Shown: piece by piece, positions 18,118 to 27,760 of the stretch | Layout: every line of letters begins with the position of its first letter | How positions within the stretch are numbered: the stretch's first letter is position 1 | Virus record (IMG/VR): IMGVR_UViG_3300016476_000306 | Location: 1-42,085 of that record | Origin: a virus | Taxonomy: Duplodnaviria > Caudoviricetes | Strand: one strand, 5' to 3' | DNA: 42,085 nt | Notes under the pieces: model-generated | What the model was told of the DNA's origin: nothing | What the model saw: the letters and a program-made list of their open reading frames with translations, nothing else | Databases searched by the model: none | Position numbers and translations under genes: made by a program

Positions 18118-18624
18118 TTATTTTGCAGGAATGATTGGATTATACGGTAGCGGAATCTTTCCGCTAGGGTGACAAACAAAATCGCTGTAATACTGATTCA
18201 CGATCGCGTAAAACAGGATCTTGTCTTGTTTATCTTTCTTAATCAGTTCCCAAGGACGGTTGTTAAACCACTTTGAACTGATTTCATGAGCAAAACACTT
18301 GGGCAAGTCCATGGCATGGAATGTGCCTGCAAAGAACGGGTTATCAGTACCGTGTTCTTTGTAGAACTCACGCATTTGCTTGCATTTTTCACGCACTTGT
18401 TCTACGTTCTTTTGATCGTACTGAACATATCGAGTGCCGTCTTGTGCGCCAATCGTGTATTTCAAATTGCCGGTATCAAAAGTTTGCGACCAAGTACCGG
18501 ATTTGACTTCGTTATACAGCTTATTGTTTGCCCGAAGAGCCATTTCCACACCGGCAGCGTGATTGCCTTCGGTGTAGTATTTTTCGTCAATCAGTGCTTC
18601 TTCGTTGTTTGCGTTCAGTCCCAT
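18118..18624 (-). CDS. Hypothetical morphogenesis-region protein
   Basis: 168 aa ORF between capsid and adaptor genes. Confidence 0.7.
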   Translation of the reverse strand: MGLNANNEEALIDEKYYTEGNHAAGVEMALRANNKLYNEVKSGTWSQTFDTGNLKYTIGAQDGTRYVQYDQKNVEQVREKCKQMREFYKEHGTDNPFFAGTFHAMDLPKCFAHEISSKWFNNRPWELIKKDKQDKILFYAIVNQYYSDFVCHPSGKIPLPYNPIIPAK

Positions 18625-19118
18625 GCATTACCTTTGCGTTTGTTTTCGGTTTCCGTAAGAATTTGAAGATTGAAGTGATTATGCAACCCACAGACGTTTT
18701 TGCCAACCAATGGAACTATGTGGTCCACATGGTATTTGACTCCGGGGTTTGCTGCTTCAAGCTCCTTTGCTTTCCGGTAAAAATCTGAGACTCGCTCTTG
18801 ACCCCAAGACGTAGTTGCTTGAAGTTTTTTAGCGCGTCTAGCTGCGTCTTTTTCTATAAATACAAGTTTATTCAATTCATAGTATTTACGCCCATAAGCT
18901 CGTCTTTTTTGAAGCATCTCAGGCGTATTTAAATACTCAAGAATTTTGTTTTTATTTCTGTTGGCCCAATCTTGAGTTCTATTTTGCTGACATTCCGCAC
19001 AATTTCCTGTTGCGGTCCAACGTTTTGCAATATGTCCTTGTTTGCAAAAAAGACCCGTGAAGTAGGCTTTTGACCCAGCTTCACGAGCCTCTTTCCTCGT
19101 TTTTGGCAAGTTTCCCAT
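18615..19118 (-). CDS. Free-standing HNH homing endonuclease
   Basis: YFTG..CKQGH...C.EC N-terminal Zn module; HVDHIVPL...CGLH...NLQIL...N..KGN; AT-rich relative to the capsid gene. Confidence 0.9.
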   Translation of the reverse strand: MGNLPKTRKEAREAGSKAYFTGLFCKQGHIAKRWTATGNCAECQQNRTQDWANRNKNKILEYLNTPEMLQKRRAYGRKYYELNKLVFIEKDAARRAKKLQATTSWGQERVSDFYRKAKELEAANPGVKYHVDHIVPLVGKNVCGLHNHFNLQILTETENKRKGNAWD

Positions 19119-19124
19119 GCTATC

Positions 19125-19152
19125 TCCAAAGAAGGAATTAACCTTCTTTGGA
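19125..19152 (-). promoter_or_regulatory. 11-bp hairpin overlapping the HNH Shine-Dalgarno
   Basis: Minus strand reads TCCAAAGAAGG-ttaatt-CCTTCTTTGGA-gatagc-ATG. Confidence 0.7.
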
Positions 19153-19169
19153 TTTTAGCACATACTGAC

Positions 19170-20327
19170 TTAAGCGAGGTAGCGCTTAACTTGTGCGCTA
19201 GCACGGGGGGCTGTGACGGCTGCACCAGTGGGAGACACGGCAGCAAGCACAGCAACGCCAGCGGGGTTGCGAACGATCAGAGTTCCCTCGAGAATGTATT
19301 GATCCAGCGAAGCGTCAGCATTGCTGAACACTTCATTGTTCGGGCCAAGTTCACGCAGGCTACCCCACTGGATAACGTCAGGGTTCATGAACAGGCAGGA
19401 GGTGTTATCAGCACCCGTCTGGTCCATAACCCACGAATCGTCAATCTGGTAGGTGTAATTGAAGTCACCTTCGTAGGTGCTGATCGTGTCGCCCTTGTCA
19501 GCCGGATTGAAACGGTTGATAGAACGGCTTGTGGGCATCATATCGGAGATATGAGTACGCATCGAGGTCGGCACCACCATATTGGTGATCTTGGCGTTGA
19601 AACGCTGTTCAGCGGTCGTAACCAGTTGCTTATACAGGTAGGGGCTGAACTGCTGCAGGGTCACGCCAGAAGCGAACGTGAAGTAGCCCAGACCAGCGTT
19701 AGCCAGCGAACCGTTGAACGGGGTGTTGGTGTCCACAGCCGAGGTCGTGTCGTTGCTGTCGCTGGTAGCGAGGTTCAGAACGTCAGTGCCATCGGTAGCG
19801 TTGCCCGAGCGGGTGCCAGCAAAAGCGTACAGAGAGCCAAAGCGACGGCCATTGTTGGGCGTAGAACCTTGGGTAGCGGCTTGACCGGCGTACTTGATAG
19901 AAGCACCGTCAGCGCGAACCATTTGCAGTTCAACGTCAAACATGATTTCCGTCAGCTGCTTGACTTCTTGGTAAGCCTGCGGATCGCCACCAGCCTGCTC
20001 AACAGCGCGAGCGGTACCGGTAGCACCAATCACGGTCGTGAAGATCTGGGTGTAGTTGCCGAGGTTGCTACGGGTGTTGGAAGCAGCATCCGAAGCCGAC
20101 ACAGCAGCGCCTTCCAGCTTGGCGTTCAGGCTGGGGGTACGGAAGTAGTCGTTCGGCCAAATGTGCAAGGTCGAGTTGATCTTGCGCTTTTTGGACATAG
20201 CCATGTTAGTGATCGGGGTACGATCCTTAACGTAGTTAGACACGGTCAGGTCCATGTCCTTAACGACGATGTCGGTGGTATACGAGCCGTTGCCGTTACC
20301 AAGGTTTGCAGAGGTGATGGTTGCCAT
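19170..20327 (-). CDS. Major capsid protein (DUF5309/SU10-type)
   Basis: NAKLEG, NYTQIF and EGTLIVRNP motifs; strong codon bias; downstream of the scaffold gene. Confidence 0.9.
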   Translation of the reverse strand: MATITSANLGNGNGSYTTDIVVKDMDLTVSNYVKDRTPITNMAMSKKRKINSTLHIWPNDYFRTPSLNAKLEGAAVSASDAASNTRSNLGNYTQIFTTVIGATGTARAVEQAGGDPQAYQEVKQLTEIMFDVELQMVRADGASIKYAGQAATQGSTPNNGRRFGSLYAFAGTRSGNATDGTDVLNLATSDSNDTTSAVDTNTPFNGSLANAGLGYFTFASGVTLQQFSPYLYKQLVTTAEQRFNAKITNMVVPTSMRTHISDMMPTSRSINRFNPADKGDTISTYEGDFNYTYQIDDSWVMDQTGADNTSCLFMNPDVIQWGSLRELGPNNEVFSNADASLDQYILEGTLIVRNPAGVAVLAAVSPTGAAVTAPRASAQVKRYLA

Positions 20328-20345
20328 CTTAAATTCTCCAAAAGG

Positions 20346-21461
20346 TTACTTACGTCGGTTGCGGTTAGACGCAAGCATGGTTGCCAAAAGGTCACGTGCG
20401 GCATTCTTATCGCCAGCTTGTGCTTTCTTTTGAAGTTCTGTCGTCTTGTCCTCAGGAGTGGTCTTTGCTTTGGCGATAGTCTTGTTGGCAGCAGCCACAG
20501 AACCACCGGCATTGCGCACTTTTGGACCCTCTCGGAACTTCATCCCGTCACGGATGAGACCCAACAGGTATTCATCACTAGAGACAAGATCAAGGTTCTT
20601 GACTCCGGGGATGAATGATCCATTAGCACCTTTCCACTCACCGGCCAATTTGTCCCGAAGTTCGGTGAAATTGGCTTTGTTGGCAAGTTCTTTGTCAGCA
20701 AACGACTGTCGAGCTTGTTCCAGTTGTTGTTGGACATACTGACTGCGAATCTGATAGAACTCTTCAACTTTAGGACGATTTGATTGAATGAACTTGGACT
20801 TTTCCTGAATCAGTTCGGCATTGGTCCGCATTGCTGCTTCTGCCTCTGCTTTTTCTGCCTCAGTCGAAGCCTTGTCACGAATCTGCTGCCATTGCTGGTT
20901 GTACTGCTGGAGTGTGACCAGTTCGTCAGCCGCTTGTTGCAGTTGAGGAACAATTGTCAATTCCAAGCCGATTTGCAGGCCGTCTAGTTCAGACTTTCGT
21001 TTCGACTCATACTCTTCAAATTCAGCACGTTCGGCTTTAAGCCTGCGCGCATTCTCATCAATGTCGCTTGTTTGACCAAGGAGGGTCGCTGCCTTCTTAG
21101 CCGAAATCTCAATAAAGCCGCCTTCTGCGTTTTTATTGGGAATCCGAATCTTCAGGTCAGGATTTTGATCTGCAAACTCAAAGAAATTGACAGGTTCACT
21201 TGCGCCTTCTTCGGCGGGTTCCTCTGCATTTTCCGAGCCCTCAGATTCCTGAGTCTCACTTGCAACATTTTCAGGTTCAGCTTCCTCTTCGGGAGCCGCC
21301 TCCGGGGATTCAGCTTTCGCCTCTTCTTGTCCGGCTGGTGGCGGGGTACTTCCATCAGGCTGAGGATTGTTACGCCGGTTGGCGGCAATCATTGCAGCGA
21401 TGGCAGCCTCGGGACTACCAGTTTGCTCGTTGACGGTCGAATTTTCGATAACGTCTGACAT
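20346..21461 (-). CDS. Capsid scaffolding protein
   Basis: Acidic N-terminus, long coiled coil, located between portal and capsid genes. Confidence 0.8.
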   Translation of the reverse strand: MSDVIENSTVNEQTGSPEAAIAAMIAANRRNNPQPDGSTPPPAGQEEAKAESPEAAPEEEAEPENVASETQESEGSENAEEPAEEGASEPVNFFEFADQNPDLKIRIPNKNAEGGFIEISAKKAATLLGQTSDIDENARRLKAERAEFEEYESKRKSELDGLQIGLELTIVPQLQQAADELVTLQQYNQQWQQIRDKASTEAEKAEAEAAMRTNAELIQEKSKFIQSNRPKVEEFYQIRSQYVQQQLEQARQSFADKELANKANFTELRDKLAGEWKGANGSFIPGVKNLDLVSSDEYLLGLIRDGMKFREGPKVRNAGGSVAAANKTIAKAKTTPEDKTTELQKKAQAGDKNAARDLLATMLASNRNRRK

Positions 21462-21474
21462 AGTTTACCTCACA

Positions 21475-21795
21475 TTAAGAGTTTTGATCAAGATTTACTC
21501 TTTTAGCCAGGTATTCTTGCTTCTCAATGAAGTCAATGAAATCCCTTGCTCCAGCAACATAATATGCGTTGCTTAGTCTATCTGCGTCATCCCTTGCATC
21601 CTCCAAACGCTCAAGCATTTGAAATCTGTAAAGGTTGAACAACAATGCAAAATCCTCATTTTTGAGGAGTCGGGAAGCACTTTCCCCGTTTTCAATTACT
21701 AGAGTTTTGCGGACAACATTGGCCTCCTTATGTGTGTCAATTACTCGGGTGCGCTTATTAAAGTAAGCGCGGATATTAGATACCATGCTTTTCAT
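21475..21795 (-). CDS. Small portal-adjacent head protein
   Basis: 106 aa; AAGGA RBS; helical. Confidence 0.7.
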   Translation of the reverse strand: MKSMVSNIRAYFNKRTRVIDTHKEANVVRKTLVIENGESASRLLKNEDFALLFNLYRFQMLERLEDARDDADRLSNAYYVAGARDFIDFIEKQEYLAKRVNLDQNS

Positions 21796-21804
21796 TACAA
21801 ATCC

Positions 21805-23946
21805 TTAATCAATTTCAACTGCTGACAGTTTACCCCTCTTTGCAGCCAAAGCCTCAAACATATTGTCTGTGTCAATATCTTCGGCTTTCTTCATATTCAA
21901 GGCAGAAACAGTCTGAGACTCTTGAGTTTTTGCCTTGTTAAGTTCCACCTTGGACATAACTTCTTGCTGCTCAGGGGCCGGACCTTGTTGAGCTTTGGCT
22001 TGCATCAGCTTGGCCGCTTCTTCAATTGTCGGCAAGTAAGCATCAACATCCTTGACGCCAAGCACTCGCAAAGTGTCTTCGTAGGGACGACGGACCTTGG
22101 CAAACAATTCAGGAACAGACGGGTCAACTTGCATCATGGCTTGAGCAAACTGAGTCTGCGCAGCCGTGATAAGTTGTTGTCGCGTAAGGCGATTTTCCTC
22201 AGACAGGAAACCAAGAGCCAAATCAACATTGATCATTTTGCGATCAATGAACTCATAGTTTTCCATGGATTTGGCGTCCAAGAATGGTATGCCCTGACCA
22301 CAAACAGAAGCCAATTGCTGAATATTGAAATCATCTGCATATTGGATAAGCGTTTTCCAAGTCAGATAAATAACGTCTTTCAGACCAATTGCGCAGTTTT
22401 TGACCATTTCATCCTGAATCAGCTGATTCGGACCCATAGCAAGTTGCAGTTTAAAGCCGCTGTTGCCGTCCTTCATCACTTCAGGATTCAAAACATCCGT
22501 CGGACTGGTCATGCCGATAACGGCCATTTTGTCCGATTCAAAACGCTGCATGGACGACTGGACATAGGCCAAATTGCCTTGCAACGGGGCAAATTCATAG
22601 ACGTGCTTGGTGGGATCAAACTTGCGGTCCAGCACAAACATTGCAGACACGCCGCGCTGAATTTCTTCGGCATCCATGAACTCAGGATTGACGCCAATCC
22701 GAGGAGTCGAAGCCTGCATGGCAAAAGCCATCTCAGCACGACTAATGGCTGTGCCGTATTCCTGCATTGGCACAAGGCGCTCTGCCAAGCTGTACCCAAA
22801 GAAGTTGCCAACAATAGGCTTCGGACACATATTGGCCAGAGGAATGAAATCCACTTCTTTGACATACAGAACGTAAGAGCCGGAGAAGCAGCACTCCACA
22901 ATCTCTTCTTCGCCGTCCCCGTCAACGTCTTTGCGAATCCATGCCGTGGTCAACATAATGACTCGGCTGTACTTGTCAGCACCAGCGGAAGCAATTACGC
23001 CTTGGCCGGGAACAGGTGTGGAATCACGAGCATGAAGAGCAAGATCGTTTTCCAGTGCGCCTGCTTGATATGCGCCAGCAGGGCCATAAGCGGCATGTTC
23101 TGCCAGCTTTTCAATGTCAACATAGGGATATTGTGCTTTGCATTCATGGATCGTCATTGGGTCATAAAACCCAACAAAGTCTTGATCCTGAATACTTGAG
23201 ATGGTCGGGTTGCAAACAAAATAATGCTGTGCAACGTGTTTGACGCGAACGGTCGTGCTGTAACCAGTCAGTTTGTATTGAGCGCGATAGATATTGTTGG
23301 CGTTGACAGCTTGTGACGGATCTTCGACACCCTCTGCCATATCTTGCATGACGCCTTCAAGGTCAACGTCAATCCTTCGCATGTTTTGACGTTTGGGCAC
23401 CAAGCCTTTTTCTGCGGCCAATGTCTCAAACACTCGCAACTGGTCTTTTGTACCCTCAACTTCTTTGTATTGCACAATAGGTTCACGCACAGGCGAAACC
23501 ATGACAATACCGTTCTTGTGAAGCAATGCGTCTTGTGCCCAGTCACGAATGATTTGATAAGAATCATTCTTGCTGTTGAGCATGTATTTGACCATTTCAG
23601 TAGACTGACGAGCTTGCGCACTGTCGGCCTCACTGAAACGCTCAAATTCAAACTCAACTTTGCCATTAGGCATCAAGCATTTGGTGATAATTGCTGTCGC
23701 ATAATCGACGCCCGGAGACACAACAGGATGGATGTAATCAATACCTCGAATTGGCTCTGTCGAGTTACTGACAGCAATGTTGAGGTAGTGATAATCTGAT
23801 AGCCGATTAAATGTGTTTTTAGCCTGGGTTAGCCGAAGATAGTCAACCATCTTCAGGTAAACCTCATGCGCCACTTGGAACACAACGCCTTTATTGTTGG
23901 CAGGAGCCTCCAAGTGCTCGATAATCAGATTTTGTTTGTCCAGCAT
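21805..23946 (-). CDS. Portal protein
   Basis: 713 aa; DALLHKNGIV and FFGYSLAERLVPMQ motifs; follows terminase. Confidence 0.9.
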   Translation of the reverse strand: MLDKQNLIIEHLEAPANNKGVVFQVAHEVYLKMVDYLRLTQAKNTFNRLSDYHYLNIAVSNSTEPIRGIDYIHPVVSPGVDYATAIITKCLMPNGKVEFEFERFSEADSAQARQSTEMVKYMLNSKNDSYQIIRDWAQDALLHKNGIVMVSPVREPIVQYKEVEGTKDQLRVFETLAAEKGLVPKRQNMRRIDVDLEGVMQDMAEGVEDPSQAVNANNIYRAQYKLTGYSTTVRVKHVAQHYFVCNPTISSIQDQDFVGFYDPMTIHECKAQYPYVDIEKLAEHAAYGPAGAYQAGALENDLALHARDSTPVPGQGVIASAGADKYSRVIMLTTAWIRKDVDGDGEEEIVECCFSGSYVLYVKEVDFIPLANMCPKPIVGNFFGYSLAERLVPMQEYGTAISRAEMAFAMQASTPRIGVNPEFMDAEEIQRGVSAMFVLDRKFDPTKHVYEFAPLQGNLAYVQSSMQRFESDKMAVIGMTSPTDVLNPEVMKDGNSGFKLQLAMGPNQLIQDEMVKNCAIGLKDVIYLTWKTLIQYADDFNIQQLASVCGQGIPFLDAKSMENYEFIDRKMINVDLALGFLSEENRLTRQQLITAAQTQFAQAMMQVDPSVPELFAKVRRPYEDTLRVLGVKDVDAYLPTIEEAAKLMQAKAQQGPAPEQQEVMSKVELNKAKTQESQTVSALNMKKAEDIDTDNMFEALAAKRGKLSAVEID

Positions 23947-23955
23947 AGAGGTTCC

Positions 23956-25548
23956 TTAAATTCGCTGTTGCTTTCCTTCGATTGGCTGAATGCGCCTGTA
24001 CTCGAAAGATTTGGCTCTGCTTACGGTTGTTTCTCCGTGGCCTTGGATCAGCGCCAAAATGCCAATACGCGCAGAGTCAATGTGATCGTCAGGATCAGTA
24101 AATCGTCCAGCATCGTCAATAGCATAATTTCTGGCCTCGTCCAAGAATTTATAACAGGTCTCGTTAATCATTAACGTTCCCCGTTCCATTCCTAGCCGCA
24201 TTATATTGATTCCATATGACTTATGGTTTGTTACTTTACCTTGGTCATTTACTGGGTTCAATATTGCGCCCGGAATTACATTCAGGCCGTAATTGTCCTC
24301 AAATGTCTCTCTGACGGACTGTTCTGTCAGTGTATAGCGCCCCGGTTGACTTCCGTCATGTGGCAAGGCAATAGGAACCCCTCTGGATTCACTGTCCATA
24401 AGATAGTGAACATATTCGTCCGGAGTCTCGCCCTTGTCAACAGTTATTTGCCTGTGCAAATAAATAACTTCCGTTTCAGGATTCCTGAAAAAGAAACTAA
24501 TGACAGTTGGGTCATTTTTAATGCCCAAGTCAAATGAAATCAAACGCTCCAGCTTCGGATTTTTGGACAACTCAAGGTCTTCAGCCTTGTAAGTCGGCCA
24601 CTGAAGCAACGGGAATACAACGCCCTTGCCGACCAGCGGAATACCTTTCATGCGGCATTCGCGCTCCCAAGGCATAAAGTCTCGGGACAGCTGATCGCGT
24701 TCTTCTTGGCTGAAAAATGGTTCATCCCACTCATTGACAAACGGAATATCATCCCAAGTCACTCGGACATGGGTGTATCCATCAATTTTGTCCCAGAACT
24801 TGCGAACAAGTCCGGACATACCCTTGAGTGGAGTGAAAGAACACAGTACCTGCCCGTTGCGTTGGGCAGTACGGACAACAAGTTCTGAGAATGTTTCGTC
24901 TGGAGGTTGTTCGTCCAAGACCACAAGGTCAAGTTCAAAACCTTGCAAATGACGCACTTGCTGAGTGTAGTTGGAGAAATACAGCTTGGATTTGCCACCA
25001 GAAGAATGCCAAACTTCCACCGCCAAGACGTTTGCTCCGTCTGTGCGAATGGATTTATCATCAATCGCTTCTCTTGGGATTGCGCCAGTTCCCAACTTGT
25101 AGGACTGTTTAATGTCATCGCAACCCAACAGCTTGCTTTGCAATGTCTTGGCGACCTGCTCCCAAGATTCACCAGAACACATGGCGACAATAGGCTTATC
25201 CCAAACCTTGCCTTTCCACCATTTTGGATAGCGGCCAGTCAAATGAAACGCCGCCTCGTATGTGGAAGCAATGGTTTTACCGGCTCGGTTAGCCGCAATC
25301 ATTCCACGGCGGGAATAATCTTTGCCAGTCTCAAAGAACTGCTTTTGATACGGAAATGGCCTAAACCATTTCATCGTATTGAACTGCATATCTTTGGCGA
25401 CAGAATCCCGAGCTTTCTTCATTTTCAGAAGTTGCTCAGGAGTCATTTGCTTGACAGCAGCTTTGCCGCCAGCCATCTTCAAAACGTGCTTTAACGCCCG
25501 CTCTTTGTAGATTGGCTGTATGTAGTCGCTAGCTTCACTCTTCGCCAT
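23956..25548 (-). CDS. terL: Terminase large subunit
   Basis: Walker A AANRAGKT, Walker B VVLDEQP, SFTPLKG, nuclease FDLG..NDPT and DDHIDSAR. Confidence 0.96.
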   Translation of the reverse strand: MAKSEASDYIQPIYKERALKHVLKMAGGKAAVKQMTPEQLLKMKKARDSVAKDMQFNTMKWFRPFPYQKQFFETGKDYSRRGMIAANRAGKTIASTYEAAFHLTGRYPKWWKGKVWDKPIVAMCSGESWEQVAKTLQSKLLGCDDIKQSYKLGTGAIPREAIDDKSIRTDGANVLAVEVWHSSGGKSKLYFSNYTQQVRHLQGFELDLVVLDEQPPDETFSELVVRTAQRNGQVLCSFTPLKGMSGLVRKFWDKIDGYTHVRVTWDDIPFVNEWDEPFFSQEERDQLSRDFMPWERECRMKGIPLVGKGVVFPLLQWPTYKAEDLELSKNPKLERLISFDLGIKNDPTVISFFFRNPETEVIYLHRQITVDKGETPDEYVHYLMDSESRGVPIALPHDGSQPGRYTLTEQSVRETFEDNYGLNVIPGAILNPVNDQGKVTNHKSYGINIMRLGMERGTLMINETCYKFLDEARNYAIDDAGRFTDPDDHIDSARIGILALIQGHGETTVSRAKSFEYRRIQPIEGKQQRI

Positions 25549-25723
25549 ATTTATCGCGCATGGCTAACAAAATCTCTGCCGCCGAAGAAAGGTAATGCAC
25601 CTCTTCCGGCGATAGAGTCTTATTGCCTTGGAGGTCTTTTTGCAACCACTCCAAGGCTTTCCTTGCACAAGTCTCGGCTTGATCAGGAAGTTTCCGACGG
25701 AAAATGCTTGTCGGATCTTCCAT
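25535..25723 (-). CDS. Hypothetical protein, 62 aa
   Basis: Fills the gap between neighbours, overlapping the terL start. Confidence 0.65.
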   Translation of the reverse strand: MEDPTSIFRRKLPDQAETCARKALEWLQKDLQGNKTLSPEEVHYLSSAAEILLAMRDKYGEE

Positions 25724-26365
25724 TTATGCCCACGGATCAGCGATGTTCTTTTGGGAGATGCTGACTTGCTCTCGGTCAATCAGCGTCCAAATGCCAGCAC
25801 CCTTCTCGCCAATGCAGTAAGTATGCAAACCGCGACCCTTCTCAGTAAAGGTGCCATCAGCACGACGCATCAGTCGCTCACCAGTACGGGGGTCCATCCA
25901 AGTGTACTTTTCAGGAACCGTCTGACCGTACTTGTTGATTCGGCTGCCAACAGCAACCTTTTCCAGAGGTCCAACAATTTCATAAGTGATGACGCCATTG
26001 TCATACTTGCGGAAATTGATATGAACCTTGCGGTCAGATTGCGGGTCATGTGGGTGAGGCATGTTCGTTGCGCCAAAGAAATGAACCCGACTGTCAATCT
26101 CAGGCAGGTCTTTCTCACGCTCAGGAGCCGCAGGCATCGGGTCTTCAGGGACCAAATCCTTCTTGTCAACGTAGGGATTCTCATCCGATACGTATTCTTG
26201 CGGCACATTCTTGCCCTCCAAAGCCCGCTTGGCAACCATGTACTGGTCATCCTTGGGCTTGCCAATCAGATCCAGCGCAATGCCCACTTTATCGTAGACA
26301 AATTGCGCCAAGTCTTTGGCGTTGGGCAAGTCAAGCTTCAGTGCTTCAATATCATACGTTGCCAT
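25724..26365 (-). CDS. Hypothetical protein, 213 aa
   Basis: AAGGA RBS; codon bias similar to the capsid gene. Confidence 0.8.
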   Translation of the reverse strand: MATYDIEALKLDLPNAKDLAQFVYDKVGIALDLIGKPKDDQYMVAKRALEGKNVPQEYVSDENPYVDKKDLVPEDPMPAAPEREKDLPEIDSRVHFFGATNMPHPHDPQSDRKVHINFRKYDNGVITYEIVGPLEKVAVGSRINKYGQTVPEKYTWMDPRTGERLMRRADGTFTEKGRGLHTYCIGEKGAGIWTLIDREQVSISQKNIADPWA

Positions 26366-26368
26366 TTT

Positions 26369-26602
26369 TTATTCCTTCCAAGTAATTGCTTTAACAGCCC
26401 ACATTTGTGCAGTCTGCGCTTCAGTGATGGCGATACTAGCCATGCGAGCCACCTCGGGGTTACTGGTGTCATTTCGCAAATCATTCATGCGATCAATCAC
26501 AGCAGCAAACTCAGACTTGCATTGATGAACTGCATCATCATTGCTTGGGTTAAAGGTCAGGCCAACCGCCTTTTGACCAAATGACAAATCATGCTTTTCC
26601 AT
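26369..26602 (-). CDS. Acb2/Tad1-like helical hairpin protein (candidate cyclic-nucleotide sponge)
   Basis: FNPS...K..FA..ID...RMASIAITEAQTAQMWAVKAIT resembles the Acb2/Tad1 hairpin consensus. Confidence 0.6.
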   Translation of the reverse strand: MEKHDLSFGQKAVGLTFNPSNDDAVHQCKSEFAAVIDRMNDLRNDTSNPEVARMASIAITEAQTAQMWAVKAITWKE

Positions 26603-26612
26603 GCTTTACCTT

Positions 26613-26834
26613 TCAAACTTTGGACGGAACACTCGGCTTTTGGAAGGAGCCACCCTTAACATTGTTGGTGTGCTGATCAGACAGCGTACGCACCTTGTAG
26701 ACGTTAGCCACAGCGCCAGCAACAGCAGCGCGACGCTTGTTTTCGCCTTCAAAGCCAGCCAGTTTGTCGTTAATACCTTTGGTCAGGCCTTTGGACATCT
26801 GTTTGCCACCAGAAATAACTTTGCCGTAGGACAT
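26613..26834 (-). CDS. Small basic protein, 73 aa
   Basis: ORF tightly packed in the operon. Confidence 0.7.
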   Translation of the reverse strand: MSYGKVISGGKQMSKGLTKGINDKLAGFEGENKRRAAVAGAVANVYKVRTLSDQHTNNVKGGSFQKPSVPSKV

Positions 26835-26837
26835 GAT

Positions 26838-27125
26838 TTACCCCAGATAGTTTTTGGTGGATTTGCCCATGTAAGCGTCGTTACGAGGGGTCTTGTCATA
26901 GCACTCAGGTTTGCTCACCGAAACCTTTTGACCACGGCCAGAAGTAACATCTTTGCCAGTGGAGGGAGCAGATTGACGGCCAGCAGCGTAAACAGTGCTA
27001 CCAGCAGAACGGGTAACAGCAGTAACACCACCGCTGTGTTCAGCAGGATGCTTGGATTTGTTGCCATGACGGTTAGGAGCCTGCGCCATCAGCGTAGGAG
27101 CTTTGTTGCCAGAGGTATAGCTCAT
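26838..27125 (-). CDS. Small basic, probably disordered protein, 95 aa
   Basis: AAGGT RBS, ATGA overlap. Confidence 0.7.
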   Translation of the reverse strand: MSYTSGNKAPTLMAQAPNRHGNKSKHPAEHSGGVTAVTRSAGSTVYAAGRQSAPSTGKDVTSGRGQKVSVSKPECYDKTPRNDAYMGKSTKNYLG

Positions 27126-27274
27126 TTTTTACCTTTCGGAGAGCGTTTGGATTCAGCGTCACGCTTGACTTGGTAGGCAATCGCAACCGCCTGACGTTGA
27201 GGCTTGCCAGCCTTCATTTCAGCCTTGACATTTTGTGAAAAGGCTTTTTCAGACTTGCTGTGCTTCAGGGGCAT
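27122..27274 (-). CDS. Small basic protein, 50 aa, QAVAIAY family (not in ORF track)
   Basis: MPLKHSKSEKAFSQNVKAEMKAGKPQRQAVAIAYQVKRDAESKRSPKGKK*; AAGGAG RBS. Confidence 0.75.
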   Translation of the reverse strand: MPLKHSKSEKAFSQNVKAEMKAGKPQRQAVAIAYQVKRDAESKRSPKGKK

Positions 27275-27289
27275 ATATTACTCCTTTTT

Positions 27290-27760
27290 CTAAACCTTGC
27301 GAATAGATTCAAGAAAGTCGTCAAGAGCATCATCTGCCCCCAATTCCTCATCCTTTTGAATATTCTGCACATGTTCGATACTGATAATCGGCGCACGGCT
27401 AGATTCAAAAGTAGCCAGCTTTTCAGCAATCTTGGCCTTGTCTTTGAGGTCTATTTCATCAGATTGCATGGCGTCAATCAAGACTTCCATAGCGGTCTTC
27501 AAGGGCTGCAAACCTTTGTCAACCCGTTCCTGATTGAGTTTATTGAACAGGGAACCATATTCAGTTACCCGATTAACAATTGATTTAGGCCGACCAGCAG
27601 GGTGAGGAGATTTGCCTGTTTTGGGCTCTTTTTCACCAGTCGCTATTTTCATGGCTTTTTTCTGAGCGTAATACGCTCTGGCCTGAGCTTTTGTTTTTTC
27701 AGAAGATACTTCACTGCCCTCAGGCCGAATAGGGCCAAACAAAATATCATCCTCTTTCAT
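27290..27760 (-). CDS. Putative terminase small subunit
   Basis: AGRPK motif followed by helices; upstream of terL but not adjacent. Confidence 0.5.
   Translation of the reverse strand: MKEDDILFGPIRPEGSEVSSEKTKAQARAYYAQKKAMKIATGEKEPKTGKSPHPAGRPKSIVNRVTEYGSLFNKLNQERVDKGLQPLKTAMEVLIDAMQSDEIDLKDKAKIAEKLATFESSRAPIISIEHVQNIQKDEELGADDALDDFLESIRKV

Noticed and set aside
18615-19169. Group I intron carrying the HNH gene
   Set aside because: Both flanking genes look intact, and only ~50 nt of non-coding sequence is available, too little for an intron core.
19191-20618. 475-aa ORF on the + strand
   Set aside because: Antisense shadow of the codon-biased capsid gene; no RBS or recognisable motifs. 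The same applies to 21922-23199, 25628-26584 and 7936-8766.
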